Source: a bacterium
GTDB taxonomy: Bacteria > Zhuqueibacterota > Zhuqueibacteria > Residuimicrobiales > Krinioviventaceae
Direction of reading: 5' to 3'
Length of the DNA stretch: 64,000 bases
Assembly (NCBI GenBank): GCA_963675755.2
Contig: CAXXMD010000003.1
Location: 2,208,001-2,272,000 of the forward strand
Under the pieces are notes generated by a model, which ran no database searches, was not told where the DNA came from, and saw only the letters and a program-made list of their open reading frames with translations. The position numbers and the translations under genes are program-made. The stretch's first letter is position 1. Every line of letters begins with the position of its first letter. Below, in pieces: positions 1 to 9,644 of the stretch.

Positions 1-2373
1 TTTATTATCACCTGGAGGGATGAACGAAACCATTATTACTATCGCGATATTTATGCGCAGCTATATAGCAGCAGCGGTGAGCCACTGGGAGATAATATTA
101 GAGTAACTGAGGTAGGAACATTTTGGCTGTCTGGTCCATCAGCAGTCATGGACAATAACGGCAATTTTATCATTACCTGGAAAGATGATCGTAACGATAA
201 CGATGATATTTTCGCGCAGCGCTACAACAGCAGCGGTGAAGCCCGGGGAGACAATTTCCTGGTCAATGATGATGAAGTTACATCTGATCAATATGGTACA
301 TCAGTAGCCATAAACGACAGTGGTAATTGTATAATCATCTGGCTGGATGAGCGTGATGGAGGAAGCAATGGCTATATATACGCACAACTCTATGACAGCA
401 ATGGCCAGGCCCTGGGTAATAATTTTCTGGTCAGTGATGAAGAGGGTTATGATTGGCATGGTAATCTCTCTGTTGCTATGGATGACAGTGGTAATTTTGT
501 AATCATCTGGGAAGGCGAGAGTAACGAGTATATAGATGTTTATATGCAGCTATTCAACAACAATGGCCAACCCCGGGGAGAAAAAACTCTGGTCTATACT
601 GATGAGAACAGAGAAGGTAGACTAAACTATCCTTCTGTTGCCATGGATCAAATAGGTAATTTTATCATCACCTGGCAAGTTATTTACAGATATGATAAAA
701 TTTATAATAGTGTCATCTATGCAAAACAGTATGATCGCAGTGGTGAGGAGCTTGGTACAAGTTTTGTTGTCAATGAATCTAATTCCTGGATATTTTATCC
801 ATCAATAGCCATAGGTAAAACCGGTAATGTAATTATTACCTGGGAGGATTATCGTAACGATTTCCATGACATCTACGCGCAGCTATATAACAGCAGCGGC
901 CAGCCACAGGGAGGTAATTTTGCGGTTACTCTTGATGATGGCAGCGGCTTGCAGAAAGATCCCTCCATTGCTATTAATAGCAGCGGCAACTTTGTCATTG
1001 CCTGGGAAGATGAACGCAATGGTTATTCTGGCGATATATACGCACAGCTATATAACAGCAGCGGCCAGGCCCGGGGAGGTAATTTTTTAGTAAATGATTT
1101 TGAAACTTACACTTCACAATATGATCCTTCTGTAGCTATGGACGATAGCGGCAATTTTGTAGTTATCTGGACAGATTCACGTAATGATTATAATGAAAAT
1201 ATCTTTGCACAGTTGTATAATAGCAGCGGTCAGATCCGGGGGGATAATTTTCCGGTCGGATCTGTTCAAGATAGCATTGGAAGAGATTCTCCAGCAGTGG
1301 CTATGAACAGCAGTGGAGATTTTGTTGTTACCTGGCGTGAATATAATAGATATGTTGGCGGCTTTTATATCTATGCGCAGCATTTTAATAGCAGCGGCCA
1401 GGCCCAGGGAGGCGCATTTTTAGTCAATGATGATGATAATAGCCATGATGCAAAACGAACTCCATCCGTAGCTATTGACGACAGCGGCAACTTTGTCATT
1501 GCCTGGGATGATGACCGTAATGGTGATTGGAGCGATATCTATGCACAAGGATACAACAGCGAAGGTCAGCCTCTGGGTATTAATTTTCAAGTCAATGATG
1601 AGCCAGGCGATCATAGTGATAGTCCTCCATCCGTGGCTATTAACGATAGCGGAAGTTTTATCATTACCTGGCGTAAAGGTTATAATAACGAAGCAACAAG
1701 GGATATTTACGCGCAACTTTACAAGAGCATCGGCCAGGCTCAGGGTAAGAATTTTTTAGTTAATGATGCTATTGATGGAAAAGAACAGAATAGTCCGTCA
1801 GTGTCTATGGATAGCAGTGGTAATTATATTATCATTTGGGTAGATGAGCGTAATGGCAATAGAGAAATATACGCACAAAGATTTGATAAAGAAGGGAAAA
1901 TTGATCAAAATTTTAGATTACACCCGTACAATCGATATATATCTTATTCTGATCATGATGTGGTATTGTTAAATAATAAAGTCATAATTACATGGGCAGA
2001 TTATATTGTTAGGGGGCAGGGGTATGATGTATTAGCCAAAATGTATGAATTTAAAGAGCCCGTTACTGTTGTAGACGAGCCAGGCCAGCAAATCGATTCT
2101 TTTGAATTGCTGAATTGTTATCCGAATCCGTTCAATATGTCGACAAGCATAGACTTTAATGTCGCAACCGCTGCTGATGTAACCCTGGATATATTTAATA
2201 TACGTGGCCAAAAAATTAATGAATTATTTAGCGGTTTTAAAAATGCCGGCAAACACCGTCTTGTATGGGACGCAACAGATCAATATGGCGCCCAGGTATC
2301 CAGTGGCATTTATCTGGTTGAAATCCGGGCCGCTGGGTTTAGAAAAGTACAAAAAGTAGTTCTGGTGAAATAA
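1..2373 (+). CDS. Secreted repeat (beta-propeller-like) protein with FlgD-Ig/T9SS-like C-terminal domain; 5' end lies outside the window
   Basis: Frame 1 is open from base 1 (FIITWRDERN...) into the ORF called at 148. It has more than 10 repeats of about 55-58 aa (PSVAMDxSGNFVIxWxDxRN..DIYAQxYNSSGQ..GxNFLVN) and a C-terminus NCYPNPFN...SSGIYLV...KVVLVK. Confidence 0.85.
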   Translation, partial: FIITWRDERNHYYYRDIYAQLYSSSGEPLGDNIRVTEVGTFWLSGPSAVMDNNGNFIITWKDDRNDNDDIFAQRYNSSGEARGDNFLVNDDEVTSDQYGTSVAINDSGNCIIIWLDERDGGSNGYIYAQLYDSNGQALGNNFLVSDEEGYDWHGNLSVAMDDSGNFVIIWEGESNEYIDVYMQLFNNNGQPRGEKTLVYTDENREGRLNYPSVAMDQIGNFIITWQVIYRYDKIYNSVIYAKQYDRSGEELGTSFVVNESNSWIFYPSIAIGKTGNVIITWEDYRNDFHDIYAQLYNSSGQPQGGNFAVTLDDGSGLQKDPSIAINSSGNFVIAWEDERNGYSGDIYAQLYNSSGQARGGNFLVNDFETYTSQYDPSVAMDDSGNFVVIWTDSRNDYNENIFAQLYNSSGQIRGDNFPVGSVQDSIGRDSPAVAMNSSGDFVVTWREYNRYVGGFYIYAQHFNSSGQAQGGAFLVNDDDNSHDAKRTPSVAIDDSGNFVIAWDDDRNGDWSDIYAQGYNSEGQPLGINFQVNDEPGDHSDSPPSVAINDSGSFIITWRKGYNNEATRDIYAQLYKSIGQAQGKNFLVNDAIDGKEQNSPSVSMDSSGNYIIIWVDERNGNREIYAQRFDKEGKIDQNFRLHPYNRYISYSDHDVVLLNNKVIITWADYIVRGQGYDVLAKMYEFKEPVTVVDEPGQQIDSFELLNCYPNPFNMSTSIDFNVATAADVTLDIFNIRGQKINELFSGFKNAGKHRLVWDATDQYGAQVSSGIYLVEIRAAGFRKVQKVVLVK

Positions 2374-2398
2374 ATTATAAAATATCAATATGTTTTGA

Positions 2399-2434
2399 CC
2401 GTGACGGAGATGAGCAACGCGATCTCCGTCACGG
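2399..2434. repeat. Hairpin family A, solo copy between convergent genes
   Basis: CCGTGACGGAGAT-gagcaacgcg-ATCTCCGTCACGG with perfect 13-bp arms. Confidence 0.9.
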
Positions 2435-2448
2435 GGAACAGATAATCC

Positions 2449-4227
2449 CTAATATGCTATTCTATATTCCCCACCTATATATTCTTTTGTTCTAATAATT
2501 AACAAGTGCTTGTCAGAATCATAACTCCATTTTTGTGAATTCAGTGCTTTATCATCCAATTGCACGGATTTGGGTGCGGTTTCTGACTTTATCCGTAATA
2601 TATGCGGTTTGTGAACACCGTCTAATTGGATTTGCAGTGCGTCTTTTGTTTGCGAGACAGTTATTGTTGTACTGCCGGATTTGTCGGGATGGTGCACGGT
2701 AAAGCTGTTTTTATCGTCGGGATAGATGAGCAGCGTGAGATATTCGTTAGATTGTTCATCACCGAATCCGGTATAATCCCGGCTGATGTGCATGGGGAGG
2801 ATTGCGCCTTCACGGATGAACACGGGATATTCATCGAGTGTGAATTTCTGTTCAAAGGCTGTGGGGCCGGTAATAACGGTTTCATCATCAAACCAATAGC
2901 GCCATTTACCTTTGGGCAGTTGGATGGTGTTGCTGTACGAGTCCTGATAGATGGGTGCGATGAGCAGATCGTCACCAAAGAGGTAATGGTACTTGCCTTT
3001 GACGGGACGCTGCAGCGGTTTACCACCATTGTGACATTCCACCACATGACTGTACATATAGGGGATGAGCTCGGTGTGCAGCCATGAATATTTACGGATA
3101 ATGTCCAGCTCCTCCGGAGTGCGCATCCACAAGCGGCGCTCGCCGTGACCACCGTTCATAAACAGTCCGCAAAAAGTTGAGAACTGCGTCCAACGGATGT
3201 AAAGTCGCGGAGGAATGGTCCTGCCGCTGAATCCGGCAATGTCTGATCCGATGACACAGTAGCCCAGTTCGGCACTACCGAGGATGTCGCGCATGGCTTC
3301 TTCAATTCCACCGGCACCCTGAATCACCAGTTCCTCGTTGTGGGTTGTATCCAGCCCTTCGCCTTCCTTGGTAGTGCGCCAGGTATGGGTTTGATCGCCC
3401 ACCCAGGTGACAGGGGCGGCGTCTATGGGCGCGAATCCTTCCGGGTGGGTCCAGGGACGGTCCATGGCACGGGACAAGGTTACAAATTCAGGATTCTGTT
3501 CCAGTCCCCAGTGGTATTCGTCACGATAGTAATGGTCCATATAGCCGCGTGTGGTCATCCAGCCTTTATATGTTTTCTGATACGGAAAGTAGAGTCCTTG
3601 CCATTTGCTGGTGAAAAAGAGTGCGGTACCGTCCAGTTTCCAGCCGTCAATACCCAGATCAAAAATATTTTGCTGCATACCTCGCCACCAGTTCAGGGCA
3701 TCGGGATTTGTATAATCGATGAATCCCCCTTTGCCTTTCCACCATTTCATCTGGTAGCCGTCGCCGACAAGATAACCGTTTGCTTTGGCTTGTTGATACC
3801 AGGGAGTTGAATCTTTAATCGCTGAATCCTTGCTATAGCTGTTCACCATGGTGGTCATCCACAGTACGGTGCGGTAGCCCTCGTTTTCCAGCTTTTTGAA
3901 CCAGTTGACCGGATCGGGATAGCGGGTGGTATCTATATTAAAATCGTTGAGGCGGGTGCTCCACGGGCTGTCTATGATGATAGTCCGTACCGGAATATCA
4001 TGCTCACGGTAACCGGCAAGCAGCTCATCCACATAATCCGAAGTGTTGACATCGTCTTCCCAGAGCCAGCATTCCAGCGCCCAGGGGGGTGTCAATGGCG
4101 GATTGCCGTGCCGCTGTGCGTTAAAGGGCATTCCCCAAAAGGGCAGAACAATATATAAGTATGAGATTACGAGCAAGAGGAGTACTAGTGAACCAAAAAT
4201 TCTGAAAAACCATTTGAAAAATTTCAT
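2449..4227 (-). CDS. Glycoside hydrolase family 31 (alpha-glucosidase/xylosidase-like), N-terminal membrane anchor
   Basis: Motifs IIIDSPW, IDYTNPDA, GIDGWKLDG (nucleophile region), WVGDQ, SDIAGF, YLFGDDLLIAP. Start moved to MKFFKW at 4227. Confidence 0.85.
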   Translation of the reverse strand: MKFFKWFFRIFGSLVLLLLVISYLYIVLPFWGMPFNAQRHGNPPLTPPWALECWLWEDDVNTSDYVDELLAGYREHDIPVRTIIIDSPWSTRLNDFNIDTTRYPDPVNWFKKLENEGYRTVLWMTTMVNSYSKDSAIKDSTPWYQQAKANGYLVGDGYQMKWWKGKGGFIDYTNPDALNWWRGMQQNIFDLGIDGWKLDGTALFFTSKWQGLYFPYQKTYKGWMTTRGYMDHYYRDEYHWGLEQNPEFVTLSRAMDRPWTHPEGFAPIDAAPVTWVGDQTHTWRTTKEGEGLDTTHNEELVIQGAGGIEEAMRDILGSAELGYCVIGSDIAGFSGRTIPPRLYIRWTQFSTFCGLFMNGGHGERRLWMRTPEELDIIRKYSWLHTELIPYMYSHVVECHNGGKPLQRPVKGKYHYLFGDDLLIAPIYQDSYSNTIQLPKGKWRYWFDDETVITGPTAFEQKFTLDEYPVFIREGAILPMHISRDYTGFGDEQSNEYLTLLIYPDDKNSFTVHHPDKSGSTTITVSQTKDALQIQLDGVHKPHILRIKSETAPKSVQLDDKALNSQKWSYDSDKHLLIIRTKEYIGGEYRIAY

Positions 4228-4358
4228 AAAAATCCTTTTCTCTGTATCAAGTATTTTAAAAAGAATTCTGCTAGGGTGCAAGCAGTAAATCATTGAACAA
4301 TGGCAAATTTTGCTTTATATTAATAGATGAAATTATCAGTTGAGCAACAAGGGAGTAT

Positions 4359-5375
4359 ATGAGTTTTCAACCGGACCAAATGCGCAATATCAAACGAGCC
4401 TGCGAGGCAGCGGGATACCGCTTTGTCAACTGCGATGAGCATTCGGGCTATCTTGCACGGGTGGAGCATGGAGACCAGTTTGTATATTTGGGTACCGGGG
4501 CTATTTGCGCGTATCCCCTAAACAGTGCTACCGCGTTTACACTGGCAACGGATAAAACGTTTACCTACCGGATCTTGTCGGACGCGGGATTACCGGTGCC
4601 TGTGGGAGAATCGTTTTTTATTACAGAACGCTTCTCGGGATTGCGGGGCGGGGGCAAGTCTTTGGATGCTGCCAGAGACTATGCAGGAAAACAGGGATAC
4701 CCATTGTTCGTCAAGCCGAATTCGGGGTCTCGGGGAGCTTTTGCCCGGATCGTTCAAAATGATGATGAATTGGTGCAATCTTTAAAATCCATGTGCCAGA
4801 GTCATTATATGGCGATTGTGCAGGAAATTGTGAGGGGAGAGGAATTCCGGATTTTCAGTATTGATGGTGTTCCCCAATTTGCTTACCGAAAACGTAAACC
4901 CGTATTGTATGGCGATGGTAAACACTCTGTCAAGCAGCTGGTGGATTCTCTAAATCGGGAACGAAACAGCAGGGGACTCGATCCGTTGTCGCTGGATCAA
5001 GGCGAGTTGGCAAACCATATGGCGAATCAGGGCTTTACCGCAAGTTCGGTGCTTTTAGAGGGTGAGACTTTGCAATATACATCGGCTTTGACCATAAGCG
5101 AAGGCGGCGAGGTTTTGGATTTTACAACCGAACTGACTGAATCTGTTCGGTTACTTTGTGAGACGATTACGACGCAATTGGACTTGCGGGTGTTTGCAGT
5201 GGATTTGATCTCACAATCCGACAATGTGGGGGATTTACCAGACGATTATAAAATTATCGAGGTGAATGCCAATCCCTCCATGACCAGTCTGGAGAAAATG
5301 GGACGAATGGATGTGATTGAAAAGATCTGGGGAGACATTCTGGGGAAATATTTTACTGAAAAAGGGATGATTTAA
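4359..5375 (+). CDS. ATP-grasp ligase resembling the ATP-grasp domain of cyanophycin synthetase/GshAB
   Basis: DKTFTYRIL..AGLPVP, YPLFVKPNSGSRG, GDGKHSVKQLV, FAVDLI, IIEVNANP. Confidence 0.75.
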   Translation: MSFQPDQMRNIKRACEAAGYRFVNCDEHSGYLARVEHGDQFVYLGTGAICAYPLNSATAFTLATDKTFTYRILSDAGLPVPVGESFFITERFSGLRGGGKSLDAARDYAGKQGYPLFVKPNSGSRGAFARIVQNDDELVQSLKSMCQSHYMAIVQEIVRGEEFRIFSIDGVPQFAYRKRKPVLYGDGKHSVKQLVDSLNRERNSRGLDPLSLDQGELANHMANQGFTASSVLLEGETLQYTSALTISEGGEVLDFTTELTESVRLLCETITTQLDLRVFAVDLISQSDNVGDLPDDYKIIEVNANPSMTSLEKMGRMDVIEKIWGDILGKYFTEKGMI

Positions 5376-6727
5376 AAGAATAACAAATCATCCGGTTTTT
5401 TACCTTCCAGTATCGCTTTGGCCTCTACGGCCAGAAATAATCCACCTGCTACCAAAATTACTGGATTTGCATGTTCTGATGCTATTTCTTGAGCGCGTTC
5501 AATGGCTTCTTTTACCGACAGGGTTGATTGGCATGATAGAGATGGATATGCTTGCTTGACGATTGATTGTACTTCTTTCGGATCACTGCCCTTGTGATGT
5601 GCCTGGGTACAGATAACCGTATTGGCAATACTGCCCAGCAATTCGATAATGGGGGCGACGTTTTTGTCCGCTGATACACCGGTAACCAGTATGACCTGTT
5701 GATCTTTGAACAGGTCCCGGGCGGTTTTCAGCATGGTACGGATTGCATCCGGGGTGTGGGCAGTGTCTATATAGAGGGGAGGAGCATCCTGCAGCTTTTC
5801 GAGTCGGCCATTTGTGGGGAGCGTGGCAAATGCAGATTGGATTGCGGATTTCAAGGATTCCAGTGCTGGCGGTTTCTGCTGATCCTGCAGCCAGTTCTGC
5901 ACAGCCCGGATTGCCAGAATGGAATTGCCAATCATGTGCTCACCCGGCATGGAATACGAGATGTTGTTGAAAGCAATGCCATCGATTGTAAAGGAAGCGG
6001 TCATGCTCTGCCCGGTATAGTCAATGTTGTGGATGGTGGCGATCTCTGTTAAAAATTCGGTACGGACATTCCGGAGCGTGTTATAAGAATCAAGTTTTTG
6101 CCGCAATGTCTCATCTACTTTGCCGATGATCAGTTTGCCTTCTGGGGGACAAATGTCGCTTTTGTCATAGGCGATCAGTTCAAGCGAGTTGCCCAATAAC
6201 GCGGCGTGCTCCAGATCTACCGAGGTCAAAACAGCGGTGCTACCTTGTGCGAGTCGGGTTGTGTCATAGCGTCCGCCAATGCCGGCTTCCAGAACCATTA
6301 CGTCAACGTGTTGTTCCGTGAAATACAGCATGGCAGTGATGAATAATAATTCAAATCGTCCAAACTTTTCGTCCGGATGTGTTGTCTCGTACTGGTTGAT
6401 TCGGTCCAAACCGGATTTTAACAGTCGGTACAGCTCGGAGGTAGGGATGGTTTTTCCGTTTACCCGGAACCGCTCGTTATACGCAAAAAAGTGCGGCGAG
6501 GTAAAGAGTCCGGTTTTGAATCCCAGTTTTGTGAGCAACGCTGCGGTAAACTCGGCAGTCGATCCCTTGCCGTTAGAGCCGGTAATGTGAATGGCCGGGA
6601 TGCGCCGGTGCCAGTCCGGTCCCAGCGGCTCCTGCAACACGGCGTTAGTCCGATGCAGTCCAATACCACTGCCGTATTTGGGGATGGCATGAAGGAGCTC
6701 TGTGATTTGGGTGTACGGTTCGTTCAT
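5372..6727 (-). CDS. folC: FolC-like folylpolyglutamate/dihydrofolate synthase (Mur-ligase fold)
   Basis: IHITGSNGKGST, GLFTSPH, ERFRVNG, LEAGIGGRYDTT, GRLE, IDTAHTP. Confidence 0.75.
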   Translation of the reverse strand: MNEPYTQITELLHAIPKYGSGIGLHRTNAVLQEPLGPDWHRRIPAIHITGSNGKGSTAEFTAALLTKLGFKTGLFTSPHFFAYNERFRVNGKTIPTSELYRLLKSGLDRINQYETTHPDEKFGRFELLFITAMLYFTEQHVDVMVLEAGIGGRYDTTRLAQGSTAVLTSVDLEHAALLGNSLELIAYDKSDICPPEGKLIIGKVDETLRQKLDSYNTLRNVRTEFLTEIATIHNIDYTGQSMTASFTIDGIAFNNISYSMPGEHMIGNSILAIRAVQNWLQDQQKPPALESLKSAIQSAFATLPTNGRLEKLQDAPPLYIDTAHTPDAIRTMLKTARDLFKDQQVILVTGVSADKNVAPIIELLGSIANTVICTQAHHKGSDPKEVQSIVKQAYPSLSCQSTLSVKEAIERAQEIASEHANPVILVAGGLFLAVEAKAILEGKKPDDLLFF

Positions 6728-6769
6728 ACGTAAATATACGATGGATTATGGAGAAAAGAAAAGCGTTTT

Positions 6770-7345
6770 ATTCACCACAAAGCCGTAAAGAAGAACAGCC
6801 CACGAATACTCACGAAAAATAATTAACCACAGATAAACGCGGATGAACACAGATAGATGAAGATAAAGCCAAAACCCCCTTATCGTGACGGAGATAAGCA
6901 AAGCGTTCTCCGTCATGGAAAGAATTCATTCAGGAACCAGTGACTCTGACCTGGGACCCAAAGAGAAACTAACCACAGAGGCACGGAGGGCACGGAGAAA
7001 AATATAAAGGGGGGTCTGTAAAAGCAGTTAACCACTGATAAAGATATTTAAAACCCACACCCCCTTATCGTGACGGAGATAAGCAAAGCGTTCTCCGTCA
7101 TGGAAAGAATTCATTCAGGTACCAGTGACTCTGTCCTGGGACCCAAAAAAAATAACCACAGATAAACGCAGATGAACACAGACAAATGCAGATAAAGCCC
7201 ACACCCCCTGATCGTGACGGAGTTGAGCGAAGCGCTCTCCGTCACGGAAAGAACTCCAGTCAATTCATTCTGGTTCCAGTGGCTCTGCCCTGGAACCCAA
7301 AAACAATTAACCACAGATAAACGCAGATTAACACAGATGAAAAAC
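6770..7345 (+). repeat. Composite repeat hub 1: three tandem units of hairpin A + hairpin B + AACCACAG-type modules
   Basis: Hairpin A at 6884-6917, 7069-7102, 7213-7246; hairpin B at 6933-6958, 7118-7143, 7272-7297; AACCACAGATAAACGC(A/G)GAT(G/T)AACACAGA three times. About 88 bp at 6875 and 7060 differ at only 2 positions. Confidence 0.9.
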
Positions 7346-7444
7346 AATATGATTAATTGATATTGTTCCTATTTATTTGCTTGCATTTATTTTACAGAAT
7401 ACTTTCATTTAACTATTCCAAGCAATACTATAATGAGGGGTTAG

Positions 7445-8752
7445 ATGAGCATTTTTAACAATAGAGAAATAGCTACATTTATATGGGGATTGTTATTTTT
7501 CTTTTATGCTTTAACGAAACCAGAAATACGCAATTCTGTATTTAAAGTTATAAGCGCATTTTTAAAATTAAAAATTTTATTGCCAGTTGTATTAATGTTA
7601 GTGTATGTATGTACATGCATTTATATTTTAAATATTCTATCTTTATGGGAAAATCATCAAATTAAAAATGCAATTTATTGGTTTATTTCTGTTGCGTTTG
7701 TATCATTATTTCAATTGAATAAAGTATCTGACAACCCATATTATTTGAAACAAATCGTAACAGATAATTTCAAGATAATTGTTCTTATTCAATTTGTAAT
7801 CACATTTTATACGTTTAACTTAATTGGTGAACTTTTTTTTGTGCCTTTAATTACATTTTTAGTGATTTCTCAGGTTATCACGCAATCTGACAAGGAATTG
7901 CAAATTGTTGAAAAATTGATTAATTGGTTATTAACAATTTTTAGTGTAATTATTATTGTTTATACAATAGAAAAATTGTTAAAAAGTTTTGGGGAATTTG
8001 CTAACAAGAAGACACTGTATGATATAGTTGTACCATCCTTGCTGTCAATTATGATCTTACCGTATTTGTTTTTATTTGCTTTGTATTCTGAATATGAACA
8101 AATATTTGTTCGTATTAGAATGAAAATAAAAGACATAAAGCTTGTTAAATATGCTAAATTCAAAATTCTAATATCTTTTGGCTTTAATATCAGAGCTCTT
8201 AAAAGATTATCATGGCCTTTTTTTACTGAGAATATAAATAAAAAAAATGATATTGATTTAGTGATTAAAGAATTAAAAAAGCGGCTTGAAATAGAAAAGA
8301 AACCACCGGAAATTGATCCTTCAGAAGGTTGGTGTCCATTCAAATCTAAGAATGTTTTATTGGATGAAGGCCTCAAAACTGGTTATTATTATTTGGCTTC
8401 AAACAATGAATGGTATGCTAATTCAAATATGTTGGATGTTTCTGAAGGAATTATCCCTAATAATATTTTTTATTCAGTATGTGGGAATGCGTTTGCAGCC
8501 AAAAAGCTTGAATTGATGTTAACTGTTTTTGATCTGGAAAATTTGAAAGGTAGTTTGATTCGATTTCTAAAAATTGCAAACAAATTATGTCAATTTGCAA
8601 TTGGGTGTGAGTTAAATGAAAAAATGATTGATGCTTTAAAATCAGAATATGATTATCAACAAATCATTAATGGAAAACAAATTGAAATTAAAGAAAGAAT
8701 GTTAACAGAAAATGCTTTTGAAATAAAGCTTGAAATACAATCTATTGGATAA
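7445..8752 (+). CDS. AT-rich multi-pass membrane protein of unknown function with a soluble C-terminal domain
   Basis: 435-aa ORF, about 7 hydrophobic segments in the N-terminal half, GAGGGG RBS. Confidence 0.75.
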   Translation: MSIFNNREIATFIWGLLFFFYALTKPEIRNSVFKVISAFLKLKILLPVVLMLVYVCTCIYILNILSLWENHQIKNAIYWFISVAFVSLFQLNKVSDNPYYLKQIVTDNFKIIVLIQFVITFYTFNLIGELFFVPLITFLVISQVITQSDKELQIVEKLINWLLTIFSVIIIVYTIEKLLKSFGEFANKKTLYDIVVPSLLSIMILPYLFLFALYSEYEQIFVRIRMKIKDIKLVKYAKFKILISFGFNIRALKRLSWPFFTENINKKNDIDLVIKELKKRLEIEKKPPEIDPSEGWCPFKSKNVLLDEGLKTGYYYLASNNEWYANSNMLDVSEGIIPNNIFYSVCGNAFAAKKLELMLTVFDLENLKGSLIRFLKIANKLCQFAIGCELNEKMIDALKSEYDYQQIINGKQIEIKERMLTENAFEIKLEIQSIG

Positions 8753-8819
8753 TTATCGAACAATTTGAAATATAAAAAATTGGATTTTATATAAAAATTG
8801 ATAATCAAAGGAATTGATT

Positions 8820-9497
8820 ATGATAACAAGTCATTATTTAAAAATTATTTCTAAAAAGAATATTGATTATAAAGAAATTGATGAACTCGAACAATTTTTA
8901 AAAGAGAAAGATATAGAGTTATATTTTGTTGAACCTGAAAAATCTGATATTTTCGAAGAATGTAAGAAATTAATACTTGAAGATGGACCAAGTATGATTT
9001 TTTCATATGGTAATTTGACTGAAGAAGTATTAGCAAAAACAAACATCCAAGATAGCAAAAGTTATTCATTATTAATTTGGATGTTACGTGAAAAATTGAC
9101 TTATTTTACCCGTATTGATGAATTAATTATTATTGATAATTATTTTTTTAATTGGGAGCCGGCACATCATGATCATTGCATGCAACTATTTGAAGATGTT
9201 TTTTCTGATATTATTCCCAATTTGGATAGTTTTAAATTTATTACAAAGCCTAAATATAATAATTCAAATTTTAATGCAATTAAAAATTTTATACATAGTA
9301 TTAATTCTAAAATCTATGTTTCAGTTAAAACGAGTAAAGATTTTCATGATCGGTTTTGGATTGTTGATGAAAAAAAGGGTTTATTTATTGGTACTTCATT
9401 AAATGGAATTGGGAACAAGTATGCTCTTGTTGATTATCTTCAAGAAGATGATGTTAATTATATTGTTAATGTATTGAATGACGAAAGATTGATTTAA
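8820..9497 (+). CDS. AT-rich protein with a C-terminal PLD-like (HDR...GxS) domain
   Basis: LIIIDNYF and FHDRFWIVDEKKGLFIGTSLNGIG match the HDR-type PLD-fold motif; AAAGGA lies upstream of the ATG at 8820. Confidence 0.65.
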   Translation: MITSHYLKIISKKNIDYKEIDELEQFLKEKDIELYFVEPEKSDIFEECKKLILEDGPSMIFSYGNLTEEVLAKTNIQDSKSYSLLIWMLREKLTYFTRIDELIIIDNYFFNWEPAHHDHCMQLFEDVFSDIIPNLDSFKFITKPKYNNSNFNAIKNFIHSINSKIYVSVKTSKDFHDRFWIVDEKKGLFIGTSLNGIGNKYALVDYLQEDDVNYIVNVLNDERLI

Positions 9498-9601
9498 TTA
9501 TAATTAATGCTAAATAATAAGATCTTTGATAAGTAAATCCTCTTCGCGTCCTTATTTCCTTCGGATTTAAATTTTTGTGGTCAAAACACCACAAACCTGA
9601 T

Positions 9602-9635
9602 CGTGACGGAGATAAGCAAAGCGCTCTCCGTCACG
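9602..9635. repeat. Hairpin family A, solo copy between convergent genes
   Basis: CGTGACGGAGA-taagcaaagcgc-TCTCCGTCACG. Confidence 0.9.
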
Positions 9636-9644
9636 TAAGATCGA

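Noticed and set aside
1-1900. Diversity-generating retroelement template/variable repeats
   Set aside because: The repeats are in-frame protein repeats, I saw no adenine-restricted pattern, and no reverse transcriptase is in the window
6770-7345. CRISPR or attC array; ORF 7111-7347
   Set aside because: Spacers are not unique, no ORFs lie between the hairpins and there are no RYYYAAC/GTTRRRY ends. The ORF (ICVNLRLSVV-type) is just the translated repeat.
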